A stretch of 32,000 nucleotides of DNA from Pseudomonas nitroreducens NBRC 12694 (GCF_002091755.1 NZ_BDAI01000001.1:1128670-1160669); one strand, 5' to 3'; shown: positions 1 through 10,024, counted from the first letter of the stretch. A program made the numbers and translations. Notes: generated by a model from the sequence alone, not told the origin.

Positions 1-53
1 TGATCCTGCTGGATGCGATGTTTGCGCTGTTCTTCATGGAGATGGGCTGGTGA
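1..53 (+). CDS. C-terminal end of an ABC transporter permease (MlaE-like), truncated by the window edge
   Basis: Frame 3 reads ...ILLDAMFALFFMEMGW then TGA at 51-53. This overlaps the GTG start of the downstream ATPase (GTGA). Operon context is permease-ATPase-MCE-lipoprotein. Confidence 0.45.
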   Translation, partial: ILLDAMFALFFMEMGW

Positions 54-835
54 GCGAACCGATCATCGTCGTCCGCGACCTGGCCAACCGCTTCGGCACC
101 CACGCCGTGCACGAGCATCTCGACCTCGATGTGATGAAGGGCGAAATCCTTGGCGTAGTCGGCGGCTCGGGCACCGGCAAGTCGGTGCTGCTGCGCAGCA
201 TAATCGGCCTGCGCCAGCCCAGCGAAGGCAGCGTCCACGTGTTCGGGCAGAACCTGCCGGCGCTGCCGCCGCTGGAGCGCTCGAAGCTCGAACGGCGCTT
301 TGGCGTGCTGTTCCAGAATGGTGCGCTGTTCTCCTCGCTGACCGTGAGCGAGAACATCTGCCTGCCACTGATCGAGCACGCCGGCCTGTCGCGCAGCGAC
401 GCCGAGTTCATGGCCAAGGTGAAGATTTCCCTCGCCGGCCTGCCGCCGGATGCAGGGGCCAAGTATCCGGCCGAACTGTCCGGCGGGATGGTCAAGCGCG
501 CCGCGCTGGCCCGCGCCCTGGCGCTGGACCCGGACATCCTGTTCCTCGACGAGCCCACCGCCGGCCTCGACCCCATCGGCGCGGCGGCCTTCGACCAACT
601 CATCCTGACCCTGCGCGACGCCTTCGGTCTCACCGTGTTCCTGGTCACTCACGACCTGGACACCCTCTACACCATCTGCGACCGCGTCGCCGTGCTCTCG
701 CAGAAGCGGGTGCTGGTGGTCGGGCCGCTGGACCAGGTCGCCCAGACCGACGACGCCTGGGTACAGGATTATTTCCACGGCCCACGCGGCCGTGCCGCGC
801 TGCAGGCCACCGAACACCTGCGGGAGGAAAGCTGA
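50..835 (+). CDS. ABC transporter ATP-binding protein (MlaF-like)
   Basis: Walker A GGSGTGKS, ABC signature LSGGMVKR and Walker B ILFLDEPTAGLD. The stop is immediately followed by the ATG of the MCE gene. Confidence 0.9.
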   Translation: MSEPIIVVRDLANRFGTHAVHEHLDLDVMKGEILGVVGGSGTGKSVLLRSIIGLRQPSEGSVHVFGQNLPALPPLERSKLERRFGVLFQNGALFSSLTVSENICLPLIEHAGLSRSDAEFMAKVKISLAGLPPDAGAKYPAELSGGMVKRAALARALALDPDILFLDEPTAGLDPIGAAAFDQLILTLRDAFGLTVFLVTHDLDTLYTICDRVAVLSQKRVLVVGPLDQVAQTDDAWVQDYFHGPRGRAALQATEHLREES

Positions 836-1774
836 ATGGAAACCCGTGCCCATCACGTACTGATCGGCCTGTTCACTCTGGTCGTGTCGATCGGCGCGCT
901 GCTCTTCGCGCTCTGGCTGGCGCAATCGAGCAACGACCAGCGCTACAAGATCTACGACGTGATCTTCAGCGAGGCGGTGACCGGCCTGTCCGAAGGCGGC
1001 ACCGTGCAGTACAGCGGCATCCGCGTCGGCGACGTGGTCTCCCTGCGCCTGGACCCGAACGACCCGCGCAAGGTCCGCGCGCGCATCCGCGTCTACGACA
1101 GCACGCCAATCCGCGAGGATACGCGCGCCAAGCTGGCCCTCACCGGCGTCACCGGCCAGGCCATCATCCAGCTCTCCAGCGCCGGCCAGGACAGCCCGCC
1201 ACTGGAAGCCAAGGATGGCGGAATCCCGGTGATCAAGACCATCCCGTCGCCTTTCGCCAAGCTGCTCGCCAACGGCGAGGACATCGCCACCAACATCAAC
1301 AACCTGATCAACAACGTGAACCGCATGTTCTCCCAGGAGAACGTCGACCGCATCAGCCGCACCCTGGACCACATCGACCAGGCGACCGGCGTGGTCGCCG
1401 AACAGCGCGACGACATCCGGCGGACCTTCAAGGAACTGGCCACCGCCAGCGAGCAGGCGCGCATTACCCTGGCCAATGCCAGCCAGCTGCTCGACCGCGC
1501 GAACCAGACCCTGGGCGGCAAGGGCCAGACGATTCTCGACGACACCCAGAAAACCCTCGCCTCCCTGCGCACCAGCAGCGAACGGGTGGAGCAACTGCTG
1601 AACAGCAACTACGACTCGGTGAACGGCGGCCTCAACGGCCTGGGCGAAATCGGCCCGGCGATCCGCGAACTGCGCTCCACCCTGGAAGACCTGCGCGGCG
1701 TCACCCGCCGCCTGCAGGAGAATCCCACCGGCTACCTGCTCGGCCGCGAACGCAACAAGGAGTTCCAGCCATGA
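836..1774 (+). CDS. MCE/MlaD-family outer-membrane lipid transport substrate-binding protein
   Basis: N-terminal TM helix (LIGLFTLVVSIGALLFALWLA) followed by an MlaD-like core (GLSEGGTVQYSGIRVGDV) and a coiled-coil tail. It sits directly after the MlaF-like ATPase. Confidence 0.85.
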   Translation: METRAHHVLIGLFTLVVSIGALLFALWLAQSSNDQRYKIYDVIFSEAVTGLSEGGTVQYSGIRVGDVVSLRLDPNDPRKVRARIRVYDSTPIREDTRAKLALTGVTGQAIIQLSSAGQDSPPLEAKDGGIPVIKTIPSPFAKLLANGEDIATNINNLINNVNRMFSQENVDRISRTLDHIDQATGVVAEQRDDIRRTFKELATASEQARITLANASQLLDRANQTLGGKGQTILDDTQKTLASLRTSSERVEQLLNSNYDSVNGGLNGLGEIGPAIRELRSTLEDLRGVTRRLQENPTGYLLGRERNKEFQP

Positions 1775-2397
1775 CCGCCCTTCCCCGCCTGCTCGCCGCC
1801 GCCCTGGTCAGCCTGTTGGGCGCCTGCTCGATCCTCCCGGAAGCGGAAAGCCCGGACTTCTACCTGCTGCCGGCCACCCAGCAACCCGTGCGCGGCAGCA
1901 CGGCGGTAAACTGGTCGCTGCGGGTCAGCGCGCCTACCGCCAGCCTGGTGCTGGACAGCAACCGCATCGCCGTGGTCCCGCAGGGCAACCAGTTGAGCAG
2001 CTACCAGGGCGCACGCTGGAGCAACCGCGCGCCGGGCCTGCTGCGTGATCGCCTGCTCGACGCCTTCACCGCCAACGGCAGCATCCGCGCCCTGAGCAGC
2101 GACGAAGCCAGCCTGCAGGCCGACCTCGACCTGACCGGCGAACTGCGCGCCTTCCAGAGCGAGTACCAGAACGGCAAGCCAGTGATCCACATCCGCTACG
2201 ATGCCCGCCTGGTGCGCACCCTCGACCAGCGCATCGTCGCCTCGCGCAGCTTCGAGGTCAGCCAGCCAGTGGACGGCAAGCAGGTGCCCGAAGTGGTCAG
2301 CGCCTTCGGCAAGGCCGCCGATCAGCTTTCCGCGCAGGTCGTGGAGTGGACGTTGCAGCAGGGACAGCAGCAGAAGTTCACACCGCCAGCCCCATGA
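1771..2397 (+). CDS. ABC-type transport auxiliary lipoprotein (YmbA/DUF330-like)
   Basis: ATG at 1771 overlaps the end of the MCE gene. Signal peptide with lipobox LLGAC. The position is typical of the auxiliary lipoprotein in MCE operons. Confidence 0.75.
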   Translation: MTALPRLLAAALVSLLGACSILPEAESPDFYLLPATQQPVRGSTAVNWSLRVSAPTASLVLDSNRIAVVPQGNQLSSYQGARWSNRAPGLLRDRLLDAFTANGSIRALSSDEASLQADLDLTGELRAFQSEYQNGKPVIHIRYDARLVRTLDQRIVASRSFEVSQPVDGKQVPEVVSAFGKAADQLSAQVVEWTLQQGQQQKFTPPAP

Positions 2398-2403
2398 GAG
2401 GAC

Positions 2404-2655
2404 TCAGCGACAGTGGTAAGGGCTTTCGCCCTCCAGCTCCTGGTCCGTCTCCACGTCCTTGATGGTGACGATGGCCTTCGGATAGACCGAGCACAGTGAG
2501 TTGCGCACGGTGTAGATGCCGCTGCCATGGGCGAGGAACTTGCCATTGCTCAAGGCCTTGCCGGACTCGTCATGGGCGCTGACTTCGTAGTTGCCGGTCA
2601 TGGTGATGCAGCCGGCGAGCGCCAGCAGGGAAAGGATAGGAACGAGGACTTTCAT
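2404..2655 (-). CDS. small lipoprotein, function unknown
   Basis: Internal ATG at 2655 preceded by AAGGAGAA. N-terminus MKVLVPILSLLALAGC has a lipobox. The longer ORF-track version has no signal peptide at its start. Confidence 0.6.
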   Translation of the reverse strand: MKVLVPILSLLALAGCITMTGNYEVSAHDESGKALSNGKFLAHGSGIYTVRNSLCSVYPKAIVTIKDVETDQELEGESPYHCR

Positions 2656-2855
2656 GGATTCTCCTTGGACGCGAGGCGCTCCTTCAACCAGGTTGCAGGA
2701 CCGCGCGAGTGTCAATCCGTGACGGGTTCGCGAAAGCGGGAAATGGCCAGCCAGCATGGCAGGGCCGCTGCGGATACGACCGACGCCGGTTGCCGCAGTT
2801 CAGCCAGCGCCCCCGCAAGAGTGCTGGCTGAAGGTATTTCTGACGAGAGGCTGCC

Positions 2856-3062
2856 TCAGCGCTTGCCCATCGAGCGACGCGAGCCGCGCGGGTGCGGCGG
2901 GCGATACTCAGCCTTGTCGTGCGCCTTGCGGTGCTGGTAGGCGGAAGCGGCCTGCTTCTGCGCAGCAAGCGCAGCCTTGGCCAATTCTGCCAGGGAGAGC
3001 GAAGGTTGTTCCTGGGTGTTGTCCGCGTTTTCGTCGCGCGGCGGCTGCTGGGAGGACGTCAT
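2856..3062 (-). CDS. small hydrophilic basic protein, function unknown
   Basis: ATG at 3062 starts MTSSQQPPRDENADN...; 68 codons. No motif recognised and coding status is uncertain. Confidence 0.35.
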   Translation of the reverse strand: MTSSQQPPRDENADNTQEQPSLSLAELAKAALAAQKQAASAYQHRKAHDKAEYRPPHPRGSRRSMGKR

Positions 3063-3182
3063 GGGGTAACCGGATAGAAAGAGTTTGACCGGCGCACATG
3101 ATAGCCGAAGCACAGGCTTCCCGGCTGCAGTCCGCTCGGAGGAATCTCGCGAGCGGCAAGGCGTGGTCTGGCGAATTGTCCG

Positions 3183-3617
3183 TCAGCTCGGCGGGAAGAG
3201 AGTTCCCGGACGGTTTACATACTCTGTCGCTTCCCGCTCGGTGAGCACCCATATCTGGCTGATGCGACTGTCCAGGCCGACCTTGATGCCGACGAATTTT
3301 CCGGTGATGTTGGGTAACAGGCCGTAAACCATGAATCGGTTGTTCTCATCACGGATACGCACCGAAACGGACAATGGATAGCTGACGGTCCTCTTGTACA
3401 GCCCCAGCGTCATGACCCGGCGCAGCAGACTCGGTTTCGGTCGCTTCAAGGTGATCACCGGATACACCGCACTGTCGACGAAGCCCACCATCATCCCCGA
3501 GGGAATCACCCGGTCGGCCAGTGCCGGGCTGCTCAGCCCCAGCATCAGGGCCAGTGCGCCGAGCAACCGGAGTGTCCAGCGTTGCAACGAAGCGCATGAA
3601 GGTACTGCTGAAGTCAT
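3183..3617 (-). CDS. exported hypothetical protein
   Basis: ATG at 3617 gives a signal-peptide-like N-terminus (LRLLGALALMLGLSSPALA). No recognisable domain. Confidence 0.5.
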   Translation of the reverse strand: MTSAVPSCASLQRWTLRLLGALALMLGLSSPALADRVIPSGMMVGFVDSAVYPVITLKRPKPSLLRRVMTLGLYKRTVSYPLSVSVRIRDENNRFMVYGLLPNITGKFVGIKVGLDSRISQIWVLTEREATEYVNRPGTLFPPS

Positions 3618-3870
3618 CGGATTTCCCGCCCTGGTTTTCCTGTTTTCGTTATCGCCCGGTTGAAGACTCCGGATCTGAGCGTGGAGCGTAGCGGTTCGCC
3701 GAGCCGCTGTCCGCACATTGATTCACAGCCTCCGGAGATTCCCATGGCGAGATGGCGGATCGTCACGCGACATTCCCGTGCAGCCCGGCGTCAAGCGGCC
3801 GCTCGGCACATTGCGAGAGGACTTGCCGCGCTCTATCGTGACGAATCCGCTGCCATACCGAGAATCCTTC

Positions 3871-4872
3871 ATGAGCGCCCTTCGCGAAGCCCTCGCCCGC
3901 TTTCCCCGCCTCGACCTGGCCGGCGGCCCGACGCCGCTGGACAAGCTGGAACGGCTGTCCACTTCCCTGGGCCGCGATCTGTATGTGAAACGCGACGACA
4001 CCACACCCTTCGCCCTGGGCGGCAACAAGGTGCGCAAGCTCGAATTCCTCGCCGCCGATGCGCTTAAGGTCGGCGCCGATACGCTGGTCACCGCTGGCGC
4101 GATCCAGTCCAACCATGTGCGCCAGACCGCCGCCGCCGCGGCGAAGCTCGGCCTGCGCTGCGTGGCGTTGCTGGAAAACCCCATCGGCACCGAGGATCGC
4201 AATTACCTGAGCAACGGCAACCGCCTGCTGCTGGACCTGTTCGGCACCGACATCGAACTCGTGCCCAACCTCGATAGCGCGGACGAGCGGCTGGCACAAA
4301 CCGGTGAACGCCTGCTCAGCGAGGGTCGCAAGCCTTACATCGTACCCATTGGCGGCTCCAACGCGCTGGGCGCCCTGGGCTACGTACGCGCCGGGCTGGA
4401 GCTGGCCGAGCAGGTTCGGGCCAGCGGCCAGGAGTTCTCCGCCGTGGTACTCGCCTCGGGAAGCGCCGGTACCCATGCCGGCCTTGCGATCGCACTGGCC
4501 GATGTGCTGCCGCAGCTGGACGTGATCGGCGTGACCGTTTCGCGCACCGATGCGGCACAGAGGCCAAAGGTGGAAGGACTGGTTGAGCGCACGCTGCAAC
4601 TGCTCGGCCACGAAGCGCAGGCGGTGCCGAACGTACATTTGTGGGACCAGTACTTTGGCCCGCGCTACGGCGAAGCCAATGCCGGGACGCTCGATGCGAT
4701 CCGCCTGCTGGCAAGCCAGGAAGGCCTGCTGCTGGACCCTGTCTACACCGGCAAGGCCATGGCGGGATTGCTCGACGGCATCCGCCAGGATCGCTTCGTA
4801 AAACCCGGACCTATCCTGTTCCTGCACACCGGCGGGTCGCCGGCCTTGTTCGCCTATCATTCGTCGACCTGA
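3871..4872 (+). CDS. dcyD: D-cysteine desulfhydrase (PLP-dependent, ACC-deaminase fold)
   Basis: Collinear by eye with E. coli DcyD: [71 protein letters not shown]. Adjacent to cystine transporter genes, as in E. coli. Confidence 0.93.
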   Translation: MSALREALARFPRLDLAGGPTPLDKLERLSTSLGRDLYVKRDDTTPFALGGNKVRKLEFLAADALKVGADTLVTAGAIQSNHVRQTAAAAAKLGLRCVALLENPIGTEDRNYLSNGNRLLLDLFGTDIELVPNLDSADERLAQTGERLLSEGRKPYIVPIGGSNALGALGYVRAGLELAEQVRASGQEFSAVVLASGSAGTHAGLAIALADVLPQLDVIGVTVSRTDAAQRPKVEGLVERTLQLLGHEAQAVPNVHLWDQYFGPRYGEANAGTLDAIRLLASQEGLLLDPVYTGKAMAGLLDGIRQDRFVKPGPILFLHTGGSPALFAYHSST

Positions 4873-4991
4873 CCTACATACCATCCAGAACTAGGCATGT
4901 AATTTTTTATTATTTTATTGCATAACGATTCTGCCCATATAGTCGCCACGCGTTGACTAACCTGCTTAAAACACCAAAAACGGGGACCACC

Positions 4992-5792
4992 ATGACCTTC
5001 TCCGCACTGCGACGTCATTTCCTGCTTGCCAGCCTGACCCTCACCCTCGGCGCCGGCCTCTTTGGCCAGGCCCAGGCCGCCGACGACCTGCTCGCCCAGA
5101 TCAAGGAAAAAGGCCAGGTGCGCGTGGGCCTGGAAGGCACCTACCCGCCCTTCAGCTTCCAGGACGAAAACGGCAAGCTCGCCGGCTTCGAAGTGGACTT
5201 CTCCGAACTGATCGCCAAGGAGCTGGGCGTCACCGCCAAGCTGCAGCCGACCAAATGGGACGGCATCCTCGCCGCGCTGGAATCCAAGCGCCTGGACCTG
5301 GTGATCAACCAGGTGACCATCTCCGAAGAGCGCAAGAAGAAGTACGACTTCTCCGAGGCGTACACCGTCTCCGGCATCCAGGCGCTGGTGCGCAAGGGTG
5401 ACGAAGGCAAATACGACTCGCCGGAGAAACTCGCCGGCGTGAAAGTCGGCGTGGGCCTGGGCACCAACTACGAGCAATGGCTGCGCGAGCACGTGCCGCA
5501 AGCCGACGTCCGCACTTACGAAGACGACCCGACCAAATTCCAGGACCTGCGCAGCGGCCGCATCGACGTGATCCTGGTGGACCGCCTGGCCGCCTTCGAC
5601 ATGGTCAACAAGACCAAGGGCGCCATGGCACTGACCGGCGCTCCCTTCGCTCGTCAGGAAGCCGGCATCGCCCTGCGCAAGGGCAACCCGGAATTGCTCG
5701 CAGCGCTGAACAAGGCCATCGAGAAATTCCGCGCCGACGGTACGCTGAAGAAACTCTCGGAGAAATGGTTCCAGGCTGACGTCACCCAATGA
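4992..5792 (+). CDS. tcyJ: L-cystine-binding periplasmic protein of an ABC transporter
   Basis: Signal peptide ending AQA. Strong resemblance to E. coli FliY/TcyJ: VGLEGTYPPFSFQ, PTKWDGILAALES, VINQVTISEERKKKYDFS, SGIQALV. Confidence 0.92.
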   Translation: MTFSALRRHFLLASLTLTLGAGLFGQAQAADDLLAQIKEKGQVRVGLEGTYPPFSFQDENGKLAGFEVDFSELIAKELGVTAKLQPTKWDGILAALESKRLDLVINQVTISEERKKKYDFSEAYTVSGIQALVRKGDEGKYDSPEKLAGVKVGVGLGTNYEQWLREHVPQADVRTYEDDPTKFQDLRSGRIDVILVDRLAAFDMVNKTKGAMALTGAPFARQEAGIALRKGNPELLAALNKAIEKFRADGTLKKLSEKWFQADVTQ

Positions 5793-6463
5793 TCGAGGAA
5801 AGCCTGCAGCTTGCGCTGGATTCCGCGCCCTTCCTGCTCAAGGGCGCGATCTTCACAGTAGTCCTCAGCGTAGGCGGCATGTTCTTCGGACTGCTGCTCG
5901 GATTTGTACTGGCGCTGATGCGCCTGTACGGATTCACTGCCGTGCGCTGGCTGGCACGCATCTACGTGTCGTTCTTCCGCGGCACGCCATTGCTGGTCCA
6001 GCTGTTCATGATCTATTACGGCCTGCCCCAGGCCGGCATCGAACTCGACCCTCTGCCGGCGGCGCTGATCGGCTTCTCGTTGAACATGGCCGCCTATGTC
6101 TGCGAAATCCTCCGCGCCGCCATCGGCTCCATCGACAAGGGCCAATGGGAGGCCGCCGCCAGCATCGGCATGACCCGCGCCGAGACCCTGCGCCGGGTGA
6201 TCCTGCCGCAGGCCGCGCGCACCGCCCTGCCGCCGCTGGGCAACAGCTTCATCTCGCTGGTCAAGGACACCGCCCTGGCCGCCACCATCCAGGTCCCTGA
6301 ACTGTTCCGCCAGGCCCAGTTGATCACCGCGCGCACCTTCGAAGTCTTCACCATGTACCTCGCCGCCGCACTGATCTACTGGATCCTCGCCAGCATCCTG
6401 TCGCACCTGCAGAACCGCCTGGAAGACCGGGTCAACCGCCACGACCGGGAGCAAGACGCATGA
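5789..6463 (+). CDS. tcyL: L-cystine ABC transporter permease
   Basis: Near-collinear with E. coli YecS/TcyL: LLKGA, FRGTPL..QLFMIYYGLPQ.GIELDP, SIDKGQWEAAASIGMT, VPELFRQAQLIT. ATGA overlap with tcyJ. Confidence 0.92.
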   Translation: MIEESLQLALDSAPFLLKGAIFTVVLSVGGMFFGLLLGFVLALMRLYGFTAVRWLARIYVSFFRGTPLLVQLFMIYYGLPQAGIELDPLPAALIGFSLNMAAYVCEILRAAIGSIDKGQWEAAASIGMTRAETLRRVILPQAARTALPPLGNSFISLVKDTALAATIQVPELFRQAQLITARTFEVFTMYLAAALIYWILASILSHLQNRLEDRVNRHDREQDA

Positions 6464-7227
6464 TCGAAGTCCGCCAGCTGACCAAGCAGTTCCGCGGCCA
6501 GGAGGTGCTCAAGGGCATCGACCTGACCGTCCAGCCCGGCGAAGTGGTCGCGATCATCGGCCCCAGTGGCTCGGGCAAGACCACCCTGCTGCGCTGCCTG
6601 AACCTGCTGGAGGTGCCCAACGGCGGGACCATCCAGGTCGGCGACATCCTCATTGACGCCTCGCGGCCGCTCAGCGGCCAGCAGGGGCTGATCCGCAAGC
6701 TGCGGCAGCACGTGGGTTTCGTCTTCCAGAACTTCAACCTGTTTCCCCACCGCACCGCGCTGGAGAACGTGGTGGAAGGCCCGATCATCGTAAAGAAGGA
6801 ACCGCGCGCCCAGGCCATCGAGCGCGCCCGCCAGTTACTGGCAAAGGTCGGACTGGCCGGCAAGGAAGACTCCTATCCCAAGCGCCTCTCCGGCGGGCAG
6901 CAGCAGCGCGTCGCCATCGCCCGCGCCCTGGCCATGCAGCCGGACGTGATTCTCTTCGACGAACCGACTTCGGCACTGGACCCGGAGCTGGTCGGAGAGG
7001 TCCTGGCGACCATCCGCGGCCTGGCCCAGGAAAAGCGCACCATGGTCATCGTCACCCATGAGATGAGCTTCGCCCGCGACGTCGCCAACCGGGCGATCTT
7101 CATCGACAAGGGCGTGATCGTCGAACAGGGCGATGCCAAAGCGCTGTTCGCCCACCCGAAGGAAGAGCGCACCCGCCAGTTCCTCAGCAAATTCCTCGAT
7201 CAGGGCGACAGGCACGCTGCCGAATAG
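6460..7227 (+). CDS. tcyN: L-cystine ABC transporter ATP-binding protein
   Basis: Walker A GPSGSGKT, signature LSGGQQQRVAIARAL, Walker B ILFDEPTSALD. ATGA overlap with tcyL. Confidence 0.92.
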   Translation: MIEVRQLTKQFRGQEVLKGIDLTVQPGEVVAIIGPSGSGKTTLLRCLNLLEVPNGGTIQVGDILIDASRPLSGQQGLIRKLRQHVGFVFQNFNLFPHRTALENVVEGPIIVKKEPRAQAIERARQLLAKVGLAGKEDSYPKRLSGGQQQRVAIARALAMQPDVILFDEPTSALDPELVGEVLATIRGLAQEKRTMVIVTHEMSFARDVANRAIFIDKGVIVEQGDAKALFAHPKEERTRQFLSKFLDQGDRHAAE

Positions 7228-7353
7228 AATCGAATTAATCGATCTATATCTGCCGATATTTGCGCTTTTTTATCGATCATCTGCGAGAGAAGATAGTCCC
7301 ATGAACCGCGCGGACTGGCCCACCGGCCAGCCGCGCCCCACGAGGACTAAGTC

Positions 7354-8052
7354 ATGATCGAACGCAGACCCTTCCAGCAACTCGGCGGCGCCAACCACGG
7401 CTGGCTCAACGCCAAGCACCACTTCTCCTTCGCCGAGTACTACGACGCCGAGCGTATGGACTGGGGTAACCTCCGCGTCTGGAACGATGACGAAATCGCC
7501 GCGGGCACCGGCTTCCCACCGCACCCGCACCGCGAGATGGAAATCATCACCTACGTTCGCCAGGGCGCGATCACCCACCAGGACAGCCTGGGCAACAAGG
7601 GCCGCACCGAAGCGGGTGACGTGCAGGTAATGAGCGCAGGCTCTGGCATCGTGCACTCCGAGTACAACCTGGAGAAGGACGTCACCAAGATCTTCCAGAT
7701 CTGGATCATCCCCTCGATCCGCGGCGGCACGCCGTCCTGGGGCGCCAAACCCTTCCCGAAGGGCGATCGCGCCGGGCGCTTCGTAACCCTGGCCAGCGGC
7801 TATGAAAACGACGCCGACGCCCTGCGCATCCGCGCCGAAGGCCGCCTGGTCGCCGCCACCCTGAAGGCCGGCCAGACTGCCGAGTACGAGCTTGGCGGCA
7901 ATCGCCGGGCCTATCTGGTTCCGGCGGTGGGCAAGGTCGAGGTCAACGGTATCGAGCTACTGGCCCGTGACGGCGCCGCAATCGCCGATGAGGCCGTGGT
8001 GAAGGTCACCGCACTCGAAGACAGCGAAGTGATTCTGGTGGATGTTGCCTGA
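7354..8052 (+). CDS. yhhW: pirin-family protein (YhhW-like quercetin 2,3-dioxygenase)
   Basis: Cupin metal motif GFPPHPHREMEIITYV. Overall collinear with E. coli YhhW (HGWL..HHFSFA.YYD, MSAGSGI.HSEYN, QIWI.P). GAGGA Shine-Dalgarno 7 nt upstream. Confidence 0.88.
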   Translation: MIERRPFQQLGGANHGWLNAKHHFSFAEYYDAERMDWGNLRVWNDDEIAAGTGFPPHPHREMEIITYVRQGAITHQDSLGNKGRTEAGDVQVMSAGSGIVHSEYNLEKDVTKIFQIWIIPSIRGGTPSWGAKPFPKGDRAGRFVTLASGYENDADALRIRAEGRLVAATLKAGQTAEYELGGNRRAYLVPAVGKVEVNGIELLARDGAAIADEAVVKVTALEDSEVILVDVA

Positions 8053-8069
8053 CCCAGGCCGCAGTAACG

Positions 8070-8101
8070 AAAAAGGCACGCGTCACGGCGTGCCTTTTTT
8101 T
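8070..8101. terminator. bidirectional rho-independent terminator between convergent genes
   Basis: Stem GGCACGC (8075-8081) pairs with GCGTGCC (8088-8094). It is flanked by an A-run upstream and a T-run downstream. Confidence 0.7.
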
Positions 8102-8114
8102 GGCCCAAGGTTTT

Positions 8115-8777
8115 TCAACGCTTGCGACAAAGGCTCATGCCATCGCCAATCGGCACCAGCGAATAGTCCACTCGCTCATCCACCTTCAAGGCCAGGTTGA
8201 GTTGCTGGATCGCGCGGGTATCCGCACTCTCCGGGTTGGCCTCCAACACTCGTCCACTCCACAGTACGTTGTCGAAGACCACCAGCCCGCCCACACGCAG
8301 CAGAGCCAGCGCGTGCTCCAGGTAGGTGAGGTAATTCGCCTTGTCGGCGTCGATGAATACCAGGTCGAAAGCGCCTTGCTGATCGCCCGCAACCAGGGCT
8401 TCCAGGGTGGCCAGTGCAGGTCCGAGCCGCAGCTCGATGCGCGAGTCGACGCCAGCGTCGTGCCAGTGGCTGCGTGCAATGTCGTTGTACTCACCCGGCA
8501 GGTCGCAGCAGAGGATATGGCCGCCTTCGGGCAGCGCCTCGGCCATGCACAGGGCGCTGTAGCCGGTGAAGGTGCCGATCTCGAGGATTCGTTTCGCGCC
8601 GGTCAGCCCGACTAGCAGCGCGAGGAACTGCCCCTGCTCCGGAGCGACCTGCCAGCGAGACATCGGTAACCTGGCCGTCTCGGCGCGCAATCGTGCCTTC
8701 ACTGGCGAATCGCGCAGGGAAACGTCGAGCAGATACTGATAAAGCGAGTCGTCGAGGTTCAGCGTGCGAGTGGTCAT
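8115..8777 (-). CDS. class I SAM-dependent O-methyltransferase (caffeoyl-CoA OMT family)
   Basis: SAM-binding motif ILEIGTFTGYSAL; FDLVFIDADK and the VFDNVLW motifs are typical of family 3 O-methyltransferases. AGGAGG Shine-Dalgarno. Confidence 0.85.
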   Translation of the reverse strand: MTTRTLNLDDSLYQYLLDVSLRDSPVKARLRAETARLPMSRWQVAPEQGQFLALLVGLTGAKRILEIGTFTGYSALCMAEALPEGGHILCCDLPGEYNDIARSHWHDAGVDSRIELRLGPALATLEALVAGDQQGAFDLVFIDADKANYLTYLEHALALLRVGGLVVFDNVLWSGRVLEANPESADTRAIQQLNLALKVDERVDYSLVPIGDGMSLCRKR

Positions 8778-8792
8778 GGGCCCTCCTAAGTA

Positions 8793-9323
8793 TCAGGGAT
8801 GGAGGGCGAGACTCTGCACGGCGAGGACGCGCTTGGCTTCCAGGAAGGCTTTCTGCCAATAGGCGCTGTCAAGGCTGTCCAGGCGCACGGTCCCGCCCGT
8901 TCTGGGCGCGTGAACGAAGCGCCCTTCCCCGACATAGATACCCGCATGGCTGACGCCACGTCCACCGCTGGTAGCAAAGAACACCAGGTCGCCACTCTGC
9001 AAGGATTCGCGGCCAACGGTCGGCGCACGCATGGAAATCATCTCGCGAGTGGAACGCGGCAGCATCAGGCCGGTGGCATCGCGATAGACGTAGCCGATCA
9101 GGCCGCTGCAATCGAATCCGCTATCCGGCGTATTACCGCCCCAGCGATACGGAGTGCCGACCAGGCCAATGGCACGGATCAGAACATCGTCGGCAGCCTG
9201 GGTGTTGTAGACGGGAGCAGCGTTAGCGCGCACTACGGGAGGCGGCGCAGGCGGAGTGCGACTGGCGCAGGCAGCCAGCGAGGCGAGAAAAGCGAGGAGA
9301 ATGATGCGCTGAGGAACGAGCAT
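8793..9323 (-). CDS. NlpC/P60 (C40) peptidoglycan endopeptidase lipoprotein
   Basis: Lipobox LASLAACAS. Catalytic core GFDCSGLIGYVY ... SHAGIYVGEGRFVHAP. I prefer the ATG at 9323 over the TTG at 9341. Confidence 0.85.
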   Translation of the reverse strand: MLVPQRIILLAFLASLAACASRTPPAPPPVVRANAAPVYNTQAADDVLIRAIGLVGTPYRWGGNTPDSGFDCSGLIGYVYRDATGLMLPRSTREMISMRAPTVGRESLQSGDLVFFATSGGRGVSHAGIYVGEGRFVHAPRTGGTVRLDSLDSAYWQKAFLEAKRVLAVQSLALHP

Positions 9324-9403
9324 GTGATGGCATCCCGTCAAGGAGTGCCATCACTTTGTACCAACAGTGACTTGAGCGCAATACTTAAAGTAAAACTTTA
9401 AGT

Positions 9404-10024
9404 TCAGCGACTCACAGTGTGAGGTTCGTAGCCTGGTTCGAGCACCCGCTTGGCTTCCATGTAGCTCAGGCGCCAGTAGCTCTCGTCCAGGCTGTCCACG
9501 CGGACACCACCACCACGGCGGCTGGCAGAGTGGATGAACTGTCCGTCACCGATATAGATGCCGGCATGGCTGACCCGGCCGCGACCACGGTTGTTGAAGA
9601 AGATCAGGTCGCCCGGCTGCAGGTCTTCTTTCGAGACCAGCGGGACATCCATGTTGATCATCTCACGCGTGGAACGCGGCAGGCTGATGCCCGCTTCTTC
9701 GCGGAACAGATAGCCCACGAAGCCGCTGCAATCGAAGCCGGTCCGCTCCGACTTCCCACCAAAGCGGTACGGCGTACCGATCAGCGAAAAAGCGCGGTCC
9801 AGAATGTCGGATACATGGGCAGTCGAACTGCCGTTATCGTTTTTGGCCCCCTCGTCCTGCGACTCATTCATCAGCACTATGTTGTGCTGATTTACCTGGA
9901 GCGCTGCTCGAGTGGCAGGTGCTGAAGCGACCTGGTTCGGCTGCGATTCCGGCGAATGGCTGGCGCAAGCTGCCAGCAGCAGAACGAAACTCATGGGCAC
10001 GAGGGGTGCTAAGCGTTTAAGCAT
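9404..10024 (-). CDS. NlpC/P60 (C40) peptidoglycan endopeptidase lipoprotein (paralog)
   Basis: Lipobox LLLAACAS. Core GFDCSGFVGYLF ... SHAGIYIGDGQFIHSA. I prefer the ATG at 10024 over the GTG at 10030. Confidence 0.85.
   Translation of the reverse strand: MLKRLAPLVPMSFVLLLAACASHSPESQPNQVASAPATRAALQVNQHNIVLMNESQDEGAKNDNGSSTAHVSDILDRAFSLIGTPYRFGGKSERTGFDCSGFVGYLFREEAGISLPRSTREMINMDVPLVSKEDLQPGDLIFFNNRGRGRVSHAGIYIGDGQFIHSASRRGGGVRVDSLDESYWRLSYMEAKRVLEPGYEPHTVSR

Noticed and set aside
13-2397. 794-aa + strand ORF spanning the whole Mla-like operon
   Set aside because: The translation is extremely Arg/Pro/Gly/Ala-rich for most of its length, the typical off-frame product of high-GC DNA. Only its last ~208 codons (1771-2397) look like a real protein, the lipoprotein. 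The ATPase and MCE genes in other frames have clear motifs.
3763-4884. 373-aa minus-strand ORF antisense to dcyD
   Set aside because: It mirrors a gene with unmistakable DcyD similarity. The composition is off-frame-like and no motif is present.
4857-6454. Long minus-strand ORFs (4857-5789, 5654-6454) antisense to tcyJ and tcyL
   Set aside because: These are antisense shadows of strongly recognisable transporter genes. They are Gly/Ala/Asp/Gln-rich with no motifs.
7301-7357. 18-codon upstream ORF overlapping the pirin start (ATGA), plus ATCGA-type short repeats at 7228-7290
   Set aside because: The pirin gene has its own good GAGGA Shine-Dalgarno. The peptide (MNRADWPTGQPRPTRTKS) has no features. 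The repeats are short and AT-rich, compatible with an ordinary promoter region.
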